Position numbers and translations under genes: made by a program. The notes beneath the pieces were generated by a model. It saw only the letters and a list, made by a program, of their open reading frames with translations, did not search any database and was not told where the DNA came from. Shown here in pieces: positions 26,008 to 36,700 of a stretch of 53,816 nt of DNA. This DNA comes from a virus. Taxonomy: Duplodnaviria > Caudoviricetes. The DNA lies in IMG/VR virus record IMGVR_UViG_3300037423_002159, positions 1 to 53,816 of that record; one strand, 5' to 3'. Within the stretch, counting starts at the first letter, position 1, and the number at the start of each line of letters is the position of its first letter.

Positions 26008-29001
26008 TTAGGGCACGGCCACGACGGCCGCGACCGCATTGGGCTTGTTGAGCACGCCGCCAGCGATCCGGTTGTTCGTCCAGTCCTTGACGCTCGTGAC
26101 GGGGGACTGGAACCGGGCGCCGGTCGTCAGAGAGCCGGACAGGTCGGCGTTGCGCAGCGCGAAGGACTGCTGCTCAGAGGCGACCGCCGAGGCGAAGAAC
26201 AGGCCGTAGTCCATGAAGCCGTTCGTGGCCGTGACCACCAGGCCATCGAGGTCGACGTTCGAGCCCTGCAGCAGGTAGAAGCCGTAGATGTTGTTGGCGA
26301 GGTTGGCCCCGGCGGGGTTGTGGATCCGCACGCCGCGGAAGCCGATCCGGTCCATCACCGAGCCCGTCTGGGTCGTCATGCGGACGCCCAGCCGGCCACA
26401 GGTGTCGATGAGCCAGTTGCTCGCGAGGATGTTCTTGCAGTCGAGCAGGGTGAAGGCGTCCGTGGTGCTGTTGTACGCCGTGAGGTTCGCGAAGACGCCG
26501 CCCTGGACGCTGGCGAAGTAGAACCCGCGCAGGCAGTTGCTCGAGGTGTTGCCCGAGACCGTGACGCCGCGGAACTTCTTCGCCGTGGAGAGGTCGGTCG
26601 CGGTGTTGATCAGCACGATGCCGGTGTCGCCGGCGCTCTCGCAGACGTTGCCGGTGATCGTCATGCCGACGCTGTCGGCCGTTGAGGAGACCGAGAGCTG
26701 GACCTTGATCGCGTTGTAGAAGCAGGTCCGCACCACGTTGCTGTTGATGACGACGTTGGTGCCGTTCTGGATGTAGATCCCGTGCTGGCCGGGCACGTCG
26801 TGGATCAGGTTGTCGACGATGGACATCCGCCCCACGGTCAGCCCGGAGGTGACGCCGAGGCACACCGCCGAGATGTCGTTGTCGCGGATGACCGTCTCGA
26901 CGGCCCCGTTGTCGATGAGGATGCCCGAGCACGACCCTCCGTCGCCGTTGGTGATCGTCGGGGTGCCGACCCCGACGATGGTGCAGCCGGCGATGACGAG
27001 GCCCTGGGTGTTCCGGCCACGGACCGCGGCGCCGGAGAAGTTCTGCAGGGTGACGTTGCGGATCTGGACGCCGGTCGTGAACCCGCCGGTCGTGATCCCG
27101 ACGTCGATGCCGATGGCGACCGGGGAGCCGCCGGCGACGTAGTCGGTGCCCTTCCCGATGAAGGTGCCACCCTGCAGCGTGCAGCCAGCGTTGAGCTTGA
27201 GCGTCGTCTTGCTCGTCCCGGTCTGGGTGATGGTGGCGGCCGAGGCGTCCACGTAGGTGTTCGCCGGGGCCGTGAGCAGGTCCGACACGGTGATCTGACC
27301 GACGAGCTTTTTGACGCCGAGCGGGGACGACTGCCCCAGATAGTTGTTGACCGCCGTGGTCTGGTCGGTCGTCCCGGTGCCGTTGTAGACCTCCTGCTTG
27401 AACTTCGCACCCGAGGCGTACGTGCCGATGGCGCGCTGCGCGGCCGTCCACCCGCTCACGTCCGCGTCAACGGTCCACTCGACGGGGCCGTTCGCCTGGA
27501 TCGCGGCGGCGCCGGTGACCTTGCGCCAGTCGCCGCCGAGCCGCACGTTCGTCGAGTCGACGCCGGTGACCTGCTTGACGACGAGCACGCCGGAGGTCGG
27601 GCTCTTGAGCTTCATGTCGATGTCGGAGTCGACGAGCCGCCAGATGTTGAGGCAGTGCGACCCGGACTGCCCGACCCGACCACGGAGCCGCAGGTTCGAG
27701 ACGGTGGCCGTCGCGCCGATGTTCGGCGGTGTCGCCCCGCGCGAGGTGGGCGCGTCGATGTACATGCTGACCGCGTCGGCGTCGTCGATGGCGAAGGCCT
27801 GCGCCGTGGAGGTCGCCGCCTGGGTGATCGAGACCGCCTCGACGGTGAGGTCGTTGACGCCGCGGATCGGCACGTCGCAGCCGCCGTTCGAGCCGGTCTT
27901 CACGACGGTGACCTGACCGACCTTGACGCGGTTGATCTGGCGGACCCCGCCGACCGTGTAGGCGCCGAGGATCGTGAAACCGCCGGTGCTCGCGCTCGTG
28001 GTCTGCACCTTGCCGACCTGCACGTCGGAGACGCTCTGGCCGCTGTTCGGCTCGAGGTCGAACCCGCCGGGCATGGTGGTGTAGCCGGTGCCGTTGTTGA
28101 CGACGGACTCGATCTTGATGCCGCTGCCCTGCACGATGGAGATGGTGTTGCGGCCCGTGGCGGCGTCCGAGCGGGATCTCACGGTGCCGATGCTCAGCCG
28201 GGCCGTGGCGCCGGTGATGTAGAGCGCGTCGCCGGCCGGGTTGATCGAGTCGATCCGGTCGATCTCGACGTCGGTGGATCCATCCACCCGGAGGCAGTGC
28301 TTCGCCTCGTCGACCGGCAGCCCGGTGTAGAAGTTGTTCGCGACGTTGCCGTCGGAGTTGAACCGGGTGATCTTGACGTCGGAGCTGTTGTAGACGATCA
28401 GGGTGGAGGCTCGCGCCGAGCCGTTCTTGCGCTTGAGGCGGCCGGCCATGTCGAGGCGGAAGCCGCTGCGGGCGTTGATCGCCAGCACGCCGCCCTCGAC
28501 GAGGTAGGTGCCCTTGGGGATGTAGACGTTGTCGTTCGCGGCGATGCAGTTCTGGATCGCCGTCGTGTCGTCGGCGATCCCGTCGCCGACCGCGCCGTAG
28601 TCCTTGACGTTCGCGGGCAGGTCGACCTTGCGGACCGCGGGGGACAGGCCGCTCGAGATCCGGGCATCGACCGCGGATCCCGCCGGGGCGCCCACGAGGT
28701 TCGCGGCCGCGGTCGCCTGGTCGGCTGCCGTCTGGGCGGTCGCGACGAGCTCGCCGACGTCGTAGGCGGCGTTGATGATGTCCTCGGAGACGTGCCCGTT
28801 GACCACGGGCTTGATCTGGGTGATCGTGGCGTGCTGCAGGCCGGAGAAGCGCCCGGAGCCGTCCGTGGTCACCTTCGTGATGCCGCCCTCGAAGGTGATG
28901 GGGTTGCCGTCCACATCGACGAACGTCGCCACCTTGTTGCGGTAGGGCTGCAGCGGGCCGCTACTGCCGGCCTCGGCGATGGCGCCGTTGAATATGAACA
29001 T
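26008..29001 (-). CDS. Tailspike/depolymerase with two right-handed beta-helix regions
   Basis: NVKDYGAVGDGIADDTTAIQ pectate-lyase-3 start; second start NGTGTTDQTTAVN; PbH1-like repeats. Confidence 0.88.
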   Translation of the reverse strand: MFIFNGAIAEAGSSGPLQPYRNKVATFVDVDGNPITFEGGITKVTTDGSGRFSGLQHATITQIKPVVNGHVSEDIINAAYDVGELVATAQTAADQATAAANLVGAPAGSAVDARISSGLSPAVRKVDLPANVKDYGAVGDGIADDTTAIQNCIAANDNVYIPKGTYLVEGGVLAINARSGFRLDMAGRLKRKNGSARASTLIVYNSSDVKITRFNSDGNVANNFYTGLPVDEAKHCLRVDGSTDVEIDRIDSINPAGDALYITGATARLSIGTVRSRSDAATGRNTISIVQGSGIKIESVVNNGTGYTTMPGGFDLEPNSGQSVSDVQVGKVQTTSASTGGFTILGAYTVGGVRQINRVKVGQVTVVKTGSNGGCDVPIRGVNDLTVEAVSITQAATSTAQAFAIDDADAVSMYIDAPTSRGATPPNIGATATVSNLRLRGRVGQSGSHCLNIWRLVDSDIDMKLKSPTSGVLVVKQVTGVDSTNVRLGGDWRKVTGAAAIQANGPVEWTVDADVSGWTAAQRAIGTYASGAKFKQEVYNGTGTTDQTTAVNNYLGQSSPLGVKKLVGQITVSDLLTAPANTYVDASAATITQTGTSKTTLKLNAGCTLQGGTFIGKGTDYVAGGSPVAIGIDVGITTGGFTTGVQIRNVTLQNFSGAAVRGRNTQGLVIAGCTIVGVGTPTITNGDGGSCSGILIDNGAVETVIRDNDISAVCLGVTSGLTVGRMSIVDNLIHDVPGQHGIYIQNGTNVVINSNVVRTCFYNAIKVQLSVSSTADSVGMTITGNVCESAGDTGIVLINTATDLSTAKKFRGVTVSGNTSSNCLRGFYFASVQGGVFANLTAYNSTTDAFTLLDCKNILASNWLIDTCGRLGVRMTTQTGSVMDRIGFRGVRIHNPAGANLANNIYGFYLLQGSNVDLDGLVVTATNGFMDYGLFFASAVASEQQSFALRNADLSGSLTTGARFQSPVTSVKDWTNNRIAGGVLNKPNAVAAVVAVP

Positions 29002-29011
29002 GTGCCCGAGT

Positions 29012-29239
29012 TTACGGGCATTCGTCCTGTCCGAGGGCGACCGACGCTTCGAGCGCGTGCTCGAGCCCGGCGACCTTCTCCGTCAGCTCGGCGATGCCCC
29101 GCTCGCGACCGGCCAGTTCGCGCGCGTACGCGCGGCACTTCGCCTCGGCGAGGAGCGCCCTGGTGGTCAGCTCGGCGTTGGTCCGCGCGTAGTCCTCGAG
29201 CAGCTCCGTGAGGTCCACCCGAATGCCGTCGTCAGCCAT
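29012..29239 (-). CDS. Small coiled-coil tail-associated protein
   Basis: Position between tail genes; heptads. Confidence 0.65.
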   Translation of the reverse strand: MADDGIRVDLTELLEDYARTNAELTTRALLAEAKCRAYARELAGRERGIAELTEKVAGLEHALEASVALGQDECP

Positions 29240-29244
29240 GCCCG

Positions 29245-30687
29245 TCACAGTAGCCCCTCGACGAGGATCGACAGTGACGAACAGGCGCCGCCGCCGGCGT
29301 CGGTCGAGAAGTAGGGGGCGATGTTGTAGGTCGCGCCCGGGGTGAGCCCCCCCACGTAGGACATGCGCTCGCCGATGACCCACTCCGTGCCGTAGTTGCC
29401 GATGGCGTTGAAGCCCGAGTAGCCCTGGATCACCGTGCCCGAGCGCAGCACGGCGCCGGCGCGCAGCTCGTAGGCCAAGGCGGTCCGGTTGTTCGTCGTC
29501 AGGGCCCTGGTGAAGCCGCCGACCACCACCCGGACGCGCCCGGACGACGGCGCGACGAACGTGCCGCCGGGCAGGCTCGCCTCGGCCCCGCTGTAGGCCC
29601 CAGCGCTCGAGAAGGCGGCGCTGGAGAAGATGACCGTGTAGAGCTGGTTGTTGGCCGACATCTGACCGGTCGTGCCGACGTCGACCCCGAACGAGGCCGC
29701 CGAGCCCGTCAGGCTGAACCGGTCCGTGCCGCCCACCCGGGCGACCTGCAGGCCGGAGGTGACGACGTACGAGTCGTTCGGGGTGGCCACGCCGGCCGTG
29801 GCCACGTCGAGGCGCGACTGCGTCGAGCCGCGCAGCCCCGAGACCTGCGAGTACAGGATCATGCTGCTGATCGAGTCCGCGTCCTTGGCGAACATCTGGA
29901 TGAAGGGCCGGTCCGAGGTGTAGCCGACCTTCTCGGGGGCCTGGATGTAGAGCGAGATGTTGTCGGTCGGGTTCGGCCCGTCGGAGATGACGTAGATCTC
30001 GCCCGGGTGGGCCTCGCTCGAGTTGCCCGAGAAGATCTCGAAGATGCCGTTGCCGTAGCCCAGGCTCGACAGTCCGGGCCGCATCTGCAGCCGGCCGCCG
30101 GTGTCGTCGGTGCGCAGCGTTGAGCCGGTGATGACCAGGCCGTCGATGGCGTCGGCCGACAGGTAGGTCTGGGGCACGGTGCCCGCGGTGCCGGCCACCG
30201 GGGCGGACGGCGTGCCGCGCCCACCGGCGAGGTTGCGGGCGACGAGGCGCACGTACTTCGTCGTCCCCGGGTCGAGCTGGATCGGCACCTCGGCGCCGCG
30301 CGGGGTCTCGATGGTCCCGAAGAGCGTCAGGGCGGTGTCGGCCGGGTCGTCGGGCGTGTCGCAGGCGTGGACCTCGACGCGGGAGAAGTCGGTCGGGACG
30401 ATGCCGTCGTCGACCCAGAAGCCGTCCCAGGCGACGACGAGCCCGCCGGGCACCTCGCGGACCGTGGCCGGCGTCGGCTGCAGCGGCGGTACGCCGGTGA
30501 ACGGCATCGCCATGTGGCTGCCGTCGAACTGCTGGCCGTAGGAGGCCACCGGCGCGTCGTCGGAGCCGTACTCGGTGATCGCGCCGTCCTCGATCGAGGA
30601 GTAGGCGAGCTGGGAGACCTTCTGGTTCACCCGGTCCTCGAGGCCCGCGATCCGGCGCGCGAGCTCGAGCATGGCCGCGGTCGTCAT
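29245..30687 (-). CDS. Minor tail protein (FN3-like region)
   Basis: GLVVAWDG...DFSRVEVH...YVRLVARN. Confidence 0.8.
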   Translation of the reverse strand: MTTAAMLELARRIAGLEDRVNQKVSQLAYSSIEDGAITEYGSDDAPVASYGQQFDGSHMAMPFTGVPPLQPTPATVREVPGGLVVAWDGFWVDDGIVPTDFSRVEVHACDTPDDPADTALTLFGTIETPRGAEVPIQLDPGTTKYVRLVARNLAGGRGTPSAPVAGTAGTVPQTYLSADAIDGLVITGSTLRTDDTGGRLQMRPGLSSLGYGNGIFEIFSGNSSEAHPGEIYVISDGPNPTDNISLYIQAPEKVGYTSDRPFIQMFAKDADSISSMILYSQVSGLRGSTQSRLDVATAGVATPNDSYVVTSGLQVARVGGTDRFSLTGSAASFGVDVGTTGQMSANNQLYTVIFSSAAFSSAGAYSGAEASLPGGTFVAPSSGRVRVVVGGFTRALTTNNRTALAYELRAGAVLRSGTVIQGYSGFNAIGNYGTEWVIGERMSYVGGLTPGATYNIAPYFSTDAGGGACSSLSILVEGLL

Positions 30688-31823
30688 GACGGCACCTTAT
30701 CGGCGCGAATCACCGCGAGCCGGGCAACCTCGAGGTCGTCCGGGTTGATCGTCGTCGAGAGCACCCGCACCCAGATCGAGCCCTCCCCGGTCCACTCGGA
30801 GTCGGTCTGGATCTGGATCTCGTCGCCGTTCTTCCATGACCGCAGCGGCGCCAGCTCGCTGTCGCGCACGAGCACCTCGGTGACGTCGTTCGAGCCCTTC
30901 AGGGCGTTCAGCAGCGCGGTGCCGCGCTTGAGCAGGCCCGAGTCGGTCTTGATGGTGTTGTCGGTGTGGATCATGACGCGCCGCAGCCGCTTCTCGCCGG
31001 CACGCAGGACGAGCTTGCGCTTCATCGAGGGCCCGTCGCCGGCGCCCCGGACCAGCACCGCCGAGGCGTAGGACTCCGAGGCGTCGGTCTCCTCCGGGGA
31101 GCCGAGCAGGTTCGCGCCGGCCTGGAAGATGAGGTCGTCGCGGCGGCGCCCGAACCGGGGCGCGGCGAAGTCGAGGTGGTGCTCGATGGCGGTCCGGGTG
31201 GCGTTCCACCGGTGGCTCTCGACGTAGTCGAACGGGTAGTCCTGCGCCAGCTTGTCGACGAAGCCGCCGAGGTCGTCGGTGGAGTAGTCGTTGAGCTTGA
31301 CCGGGCCAGCCTCGAAGGACACGGGACCGTTCTGGGTGTCGAACTCGACCTGCTTGAGCTCGGTGCCGATGAGCAGGCCAGCCTTCGTCACGGCATCGAC
31401 CACGAGGCCCAGGTTGCCGCCCTCGAGGCCCTGCCAGTGCGCCCAGACATGCCGGACGATGTCGATGGGGTCGGTCTCGACGAAGAACTTCCCGCCCGAG
31501 TAGGGCTGGTCCTTGATCGCGGCCGTGAAGCCAGCTCCGGTGATCGACAGGTCCGGGCCCGAGAAGGCCCGGTCGGTGACGATGCAGCCGTGCTGGATCG
31601 CGCCGTCGGCCTCCGCGTAGATGGCCGTGCTCCATGGCTCGATGACGTCGAAGCCGTCGTCGGCCGCGATGAGGCCCAGGGCCGGGCTGATCTTCGAGCT
31701 GTGCCCGTTCGGCCCGGAGATGACCTCGGTCAGCGAGACATCCTCGAGCGGCAGGTCCGGATGGATGATGTCCTCGGTGCCGTCGCCGTGAAGCCGGGTT
31801 GCGATGTAGCGCCACTCGGCCAC
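30684..31823 (-). CDS. Minor tail protein (baseplate hub-like)
   Basis: WRYIATRL...DLPL...ISGP; synteny. Confidence 0.8.
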   Translation of the reverse strand: MAEWRYIATRLHGDGTEDIIHPDLPLEDVSLTEVISGPNGHSSKISPALGLIAADDGFDVIEPWSTAIYAEADGAIQHGCIVTDRAFSGPDLSITGAGFTAAIKDQPYSGGKFFVETDPIDIVRHVWAHWQGLEGGNLGLVVDAVTKAGLLIGTELKQVEFDTQNGPVSFEAGPVKLNDYSTDDLGGFVDKLAQDYPFDYVESHRWNATRTAIEHHLDFAAPRFGRRRDDLIFQAGANLLGSPEETDASESYASAVLVRGAGDGPSMKRKLVLRAGEKRLRRVMIHTDNTIKTDSGLLKRGTALLNALKGSNDVTEVLVRDSELAPLRSWKNGDEIQIQTDSEWTGEGSIWVRVLSTTINPDDLEVARLAVIRADKVPS

Positions 31824-31827
31824 AGGA

Positions 31828-32823
31828 TCACACGTCCTCGGTCGGCGCCTCGAGCCACTCGAGGTCGAGCGTCACGGACGAGAACGGGTCCGCGGTGAAC
31901 GCCGGGCCGCCGTAGGCGCTGTCCTTGTAGCCCTGCAGCATGATGTTGATGCTCTGGCCCCGCATGGTGGCCGGAATGCTGCGGCGCTCGGCCGTGCCGA
32001 CCGAGACACGCTCGGCGGCCGTGTTGGAGCCCTGCAGCGCGCCCTGCGAGGTGTTGAAGGCGTCCGAGCGCCCCTGCCCGAACCGGACCCACACCCGGGC
32101 CTGGGTCTGGGTGGCGCTGCCGGCCTTGGAGATGCCGTCCCAGCGGGCGACGACGTTGCACGCCGACGCCCAGTACGGCACCTCGACGGTCCACGTCGCG
32201 GGGTCCGGCCACAGCTCGCCGGACGTGCCGGTGAAGTTGAGGGCGTCCGAGCTGACGAGGTTGATCGAACGGACGTCGCGCCGCCGGCGCGGGACGGCCT
32301 TCTCGCGCAGGTCGGTGATCATCGCCTGGGTGATCGCCGCCGTCGCGGCCGGCACCGCGAGGCGGGCCAGCGCGATGGCCGGGTAGTTGAGCGCGAGGTC
32401 GGTGGCCTTGGTCGTCGTCGCGGCGACGCCGGTGATGACCTCGAACCGGGCCGTCTCGACCTCGTCGGTCGGCAGCGTCGCGGGGGTCGCCTGACCACCG
32501 GGCATGTTCCAGTCGTCGACCCGGGCGACGATCAGGTCATAGCGCGTCGCGCCGCCGGCGTTCGCCGGGATGTCCAGCAGCGACTCGTCGCCGGCGCGGA
32601 CCATGTAGGACTCGTTGCGGGCCCCCGGGTAGCGGTTGATCAGCACCCCGCCGCCGAGCCCGATCCGGACGGTGCCGGACGCGACCGCGGTCTGGCGCAC
32701 GAGGAAGTCGCCGATGCCGGCCACGCCCTCTTCGCCGCCGGTCGCCTGGTAGGCGAGCATGCGACCGAGCGACGAGGAGGTGATTCCCCCGTCGATGGCC
32801 CATGCGATGTTCTCGAGCGGCAT
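31828..32823 (-). CDS. Minor tail protein
   Basis: WAIDGG; RYDLIVARV.D; ALARL.VPA...IT..MITDLR. Confidence 0.8.
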   Translation of the reverse strand: MPLENIAWAIDGGITSSSLGRMLAYQATGGEEGVAGIGDFLVRQTAVASGTVRIGLGGGVLINRYPGARNESYMVRAGDESLLDIPANAGGATRYDLIVARVDDWNMPGGQATPATLPTDEVETARFEVITGVAATTTKATDLALNYPAIALARLAVPAATAAITQAMITDLREKAVPRRRRDVRSINLVSSDALNFTGTSGELWPDPATWTVEVPYWASACNVVARWDGISKAGSATQTQARVWVRFGQGRSDAFNTSQGALQGSNTAAERVSVGTAERRSIPATMRGQSINIMLQGYKDSAYGGPAFTADPFSSVTLDLEWLEAPTEDV

Positions 32824-32836
32824 CAGCGGTCGCCTT

Positions 32837-33763
32837 TCACAGAGTGTGCCATCCGTTTCGCCAGAGTATCCGACAGTTTGCGGTACCTGTCCCATCGACG
32901 CCGGTGAAGATGGCGTCGTACGAGCCGGGCGTCAGCCGCATCCTCGAAAGCCGCGAGTCGGCCGACAGCCTCAGGTTCGGGCTGGCGACCCCGGACCGGA
33001 TGACCGTGGTCGCCCAGGGCCGCGCGTCGAAGGTGATCTTGGCGCCCTCGGGCAGCAGGCCGGTCATGGCGACCTTCATCCCGCCGACGACGACGGCCGG
33101 GTTGAGCACCGGCCCGGTGAACTCGATGACCGGCGCGGTCGGGGCGTCCCCGCCGACGACGACACCCCACGGCGGGACGTACTCCGTCGAACGGTTGAAC
33201 GTCAGCGGCCAGGTGGCCGGCCACGCGAAGCCGCCGGACTCGGCCATCCCGAGGCGCAGGTCGACGAACTGCTCGTCGTCGTCGTAGTGCAGCGCGTCGG
33301 CCTTGCGGAACGTCGCCGCCGGCGGCAGGTAGCCGCCGAGGAAGGCGTTGTTCGGCTCGTAGTCGAAGTTGCCCGGGCGGCCGAAGATGACCCGCGTGCG
33401 GCCACCGATGGCGTAGCGCAGCATCTTCACGTCGCGGGCGGTGCGGAAGCCGTCCACCCCGCCGAGGAAGATCGAGCCCATCAGCGCCAGCTCGGCCAGC
33501 GCGTCCTCGGGCGACTCGATCTCCGGAGCGGTGCCGAGCTGCCAGCTCCAGGTCTGGGCCTCGCGCACGTCGCGGCCCATGCGCTTGGCGCCGGTGATGC
33601 TCGAGTTCTGGTCCTGGGTCAGGAAGCCGTTGTTGCCCGGGCTGAACCCGCCCTCCTGCACGAAGATCGGGCAGTCCAGGCCCCACCGGTACCCGTCCAT
33701 CTCGAACTGGTAGTCGCTCAGGCCGGGGACCATCCCGACGCCGGTCAGCGCGATGGCGGTCAT
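32837..33763 (-). CDS. Distal tail (Dit)-like protein
   Basis: Directly after the tape measure (TGATG); R.IFGRP, GP..NP, WR..W. Confidence 0.8.
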   Translation of the reverse strand: MTAIALTGVGMVPGLSDYQFEMDGYRWGLDCPIFVQEGGFSPGNNGFLTQDQNSSITGAKRMGRDVREAQTWSWQLGTAPEIESPEDALAELALMGSIFLGGVDGFRTARDVKMLRYAIGGRTRVIFGRPGNFDYEPNNAFLGGYLPPAATFRKADALHYDDDEQFVDLRLGMAESGGFAWPATWPLTFNRSTEYVPPWGVVVGGDAPTAPVIEFTGPVLNPAVVVGGMKVAMTGLLPEGAKITFDARPWATTVIRSGVASPNLRLSADSRLSRMRLTPGSYDAIFTGVDGTGTANCRILWRNGWHTL

Positions 33764-36700
33764 CAGAGCGTCCTCCCTGCGTACTTGCCGCCGAGCGAGA
33801 CGCGCTGCAGCGTGCGGGTGAGATCCTGCGCGACGTCGTCGGAGGTGATCGACACGTCGTGGAAGTGCGGCTCGTACCGGCCGATGAGGGCGGCCTTGCC
33901 CTCGCCGCCGTGCTGGGCCCACTGGTCGGCCGTGAAGACCGGCTCGGGGCGGCCGGTCATGTTCAGCACCTGGGTGACGCCCGGCTGCAGCAGGCCGCCG
34001 CGGTCGAACATCATCGAGCCGTTGTCGGCGACCTCGCGGCCGTTCCAGACGTACTTGCCGCCCGAGCCCGAGGTGTCGTCGAGGTCGGCGTTGCCGCTGT
34101 CGAAGTAGCTGCCGAGGAACTGCCCGACGCCGTCGAAGATCTTGTTCGGGACGCCCTTGAGCATGTCGATGAAGCCGCCATGCCAGGGGATCAGCCCGAG
34201 CCCGGTGTTGACCACGCCGCGCAGCATCTCGAGGGGCTTGTCGGCCCACCACGGCAGCCCCTTCTGGCCGCCGGCGCTGACCGGCGGGGTCTTCGTCACG
34301 CCGCCGTTGAAGGCGGCAGTGAAGTTGAAGGCGCTGTTCGGGTCGTAGGGGCTCATGCGGCCCTCGAGGTGGAGGTGGTTGCCCGTGGAGTGGCCGGTGC
34401 TGCCGACGTAGCCCATGAGCTGGCCACCGAGCATCCGCTGCCCGACGCTGACGATCTCGCGCAGCATGTGCCCGAGGATCCAGAAGGTGCCGTTGTCGGC
34501 CGCGAGCCGGACATGGTTGCCGAAGCCGCTGTTGTCCCAGCCGTCGCGGATGATCCGGCCCGAGAACGGCGACACGATGGGCGTGCCGGCCGGCGCGGGC
34601 AGGTCGAGGGCGCGGTGGACCTTGCCCGACGGGTAGTGGCCCCACGGGAACCGCGGCTGGGCGTTGACCGGCTTGACCATGCCGCCGATGGCGTAGCCGG
34701 GCATGCCGGGCAGGACACCGTAGCGGTTGATGAAGTCCAGGCCGTCGAGGCCGATGATCTTGCGCAGGCTGGTCGTGGCCTCCTTGCGCAGCACGTACTC
34801 GTCGCGGTGGACGATGCCGGCGGGCTCGTACTTGCCGCCCGGGCCGGTGTAGCCACCGGTGTCGAAGGCGTACTTGTTGTTCTTGGCCGAGCCCTTGGAG
34901 GCCACCCCGGTGTAGGAGTAGTTGGGGTCGGCGCGGTTCACCTGGATCTTGTCGATCATCGGCACGCGCCACTTGAGGCCGAGGAACTCGAGCACGTCGT
35001 TGATGCCCTTGAACAGGCCGTCGTTGAGCACCGTGCCGATGATGAAGTTGACCGGCTCGGCGACGATCTTCCCGAGCTGGTTCCACACGCTCGAGGCGAT
35101 GTCGAGGATCGACTGCCAGGCGCCGGCGAGGTCGCCGTTGACGACGGCGATGAGGGCGTCGAACACGCGGCTCAGGACGTTGTCCCAGTACCACTTGATG
35201 CCCTTGAGGATGGTGGCCCAGTAGGACCCGATCCACCCGAAGACGGGCGACAGGACGTGCTCCCACAGCCAGAGCACGACGCTGTTGAACTGCTCGAACA
35301 TCGGCCAGAGCCACTTCGAGGCGACCGCCCAGATGAGCTGGAAGGTCTTCGAGATGATGCCGCCGATGACGGTGAAAACGGGCTGCAGAATGTTCTGCCA
35401 CAGCCACTGCGCCACCTCGGCGACCTTCTGGAAGAAGCCGGTGATCGCGGGCAGGGCCTTGTTCTGCCACCACGGCAGGAAGCTGTTCTTGATCCAGTCG
35501 ACGAAGACGCCGACGTACTCCTGCACCTTTGCCCAGACGATCTGGACACCCTTGCGGAAGTTCTCGTTGTTGTTGTACAGCCAGACCAGGGCGATGACGA
35601 CCGCGGTGATGCCGAGCACCCACGGGCCCATCGCGCTGGTCATGAGGAACTTGACCGAGATGGCGAGGGCGTTGACGCCGGCCGCGACCTGGGAGGCGAA
35701 GGCCAGCCCGGTGATCGCGGTGAAGAGGGTGGCGACGATCTTCGGGTCGAGCCCGGCGATGAACTTGAAGAAGCCGACAATGGCATCGAAGATCGGCGTG
35801 TCGGCCATTCCCTTGCCGATATTCAGAATCAGCTTGGCAATGGAGAAGATGAGCTCCAGAACCTGCGGCCCCTCGGTGCGGACATAGTCGAGGAACTTGT
35901 TGAATCCGTCACTACCGATGAGGCCCTTGGACCACTCGGCCCAGCCCTTCGTCATGTCGACGAAGCCGTCCATGAATTCCTTTGCGAACGGCGCAAAGGC
36001 CGTCGCGAGGTTGGCCACGACGGTCAGGAGGTTGACGAAGAGGTCGCCGAACTGGGTGAAGAACGTCGGCGCGTACTTGGCCATCGTCTCGAAGAAGAGC
36101 CGCATGTCCGGGCCACGGAGGGTCTCGCCGAGCAGGGTGAAGAACTGCCCGACGGTGGTGCCCATCGTCGAGAGGAAGACCTTGAAATCTGGACCATACG
36201 TGTCCATGAGCTTCTTGATCTCGCGCTGCAGCGGTGGCAGCATCCCGGCCTGGATGATGTTGCGCAGGTCGATGAAGTCGGTCTGCAGGCCGAAGAGGAA
36301 CCGCGCGAACTCGCGGCCCTCGGGCCCGAGCTTGCCCATCGCGATCTGGAGCTTCTGCATCGAGGCCTGCCCGATGTCGCCCGTCTTGGTCAGCGCCTCC
36401 TGGTAGGCCGTCTGGGCGTCCGAGAGCCGCTCCTGGGCGTCACGGATCGAGTCGGCGCTGTCCTGGGCCTGCTGGCGCTGGTCGCGCTGCGCGTCGGCGA
36501 CGCCCTGCTGGGCGTCCTTGACCCGGCGGGCGGTGTCGACGACCTTCTCCTGGGCCGCGACGACGTTCGCGTCCTCCTTGACGCCCTTCTTCTGCTGGTC
36601 GGCGAGAGCCTTGTTCTCCTCGCGGACGCCCTTGAGGTTGAGCCGGGCCCGCTCGAGCTGGATGGAGGCCTGCTCGCGCTCGAGGTTCGTCGCCGAGCCG

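Noticed and set aside
26782-29211. 809-aa + strand ORF
   Set aside because: Antisense shadow of the tailspike gene
32837-35623. 928-aa - strand ORF as one protein
   Set aside because: The upstream part is an R/P-rich alternative frame of the tape measure gene; the real gene starts at 33763 (TGATG)
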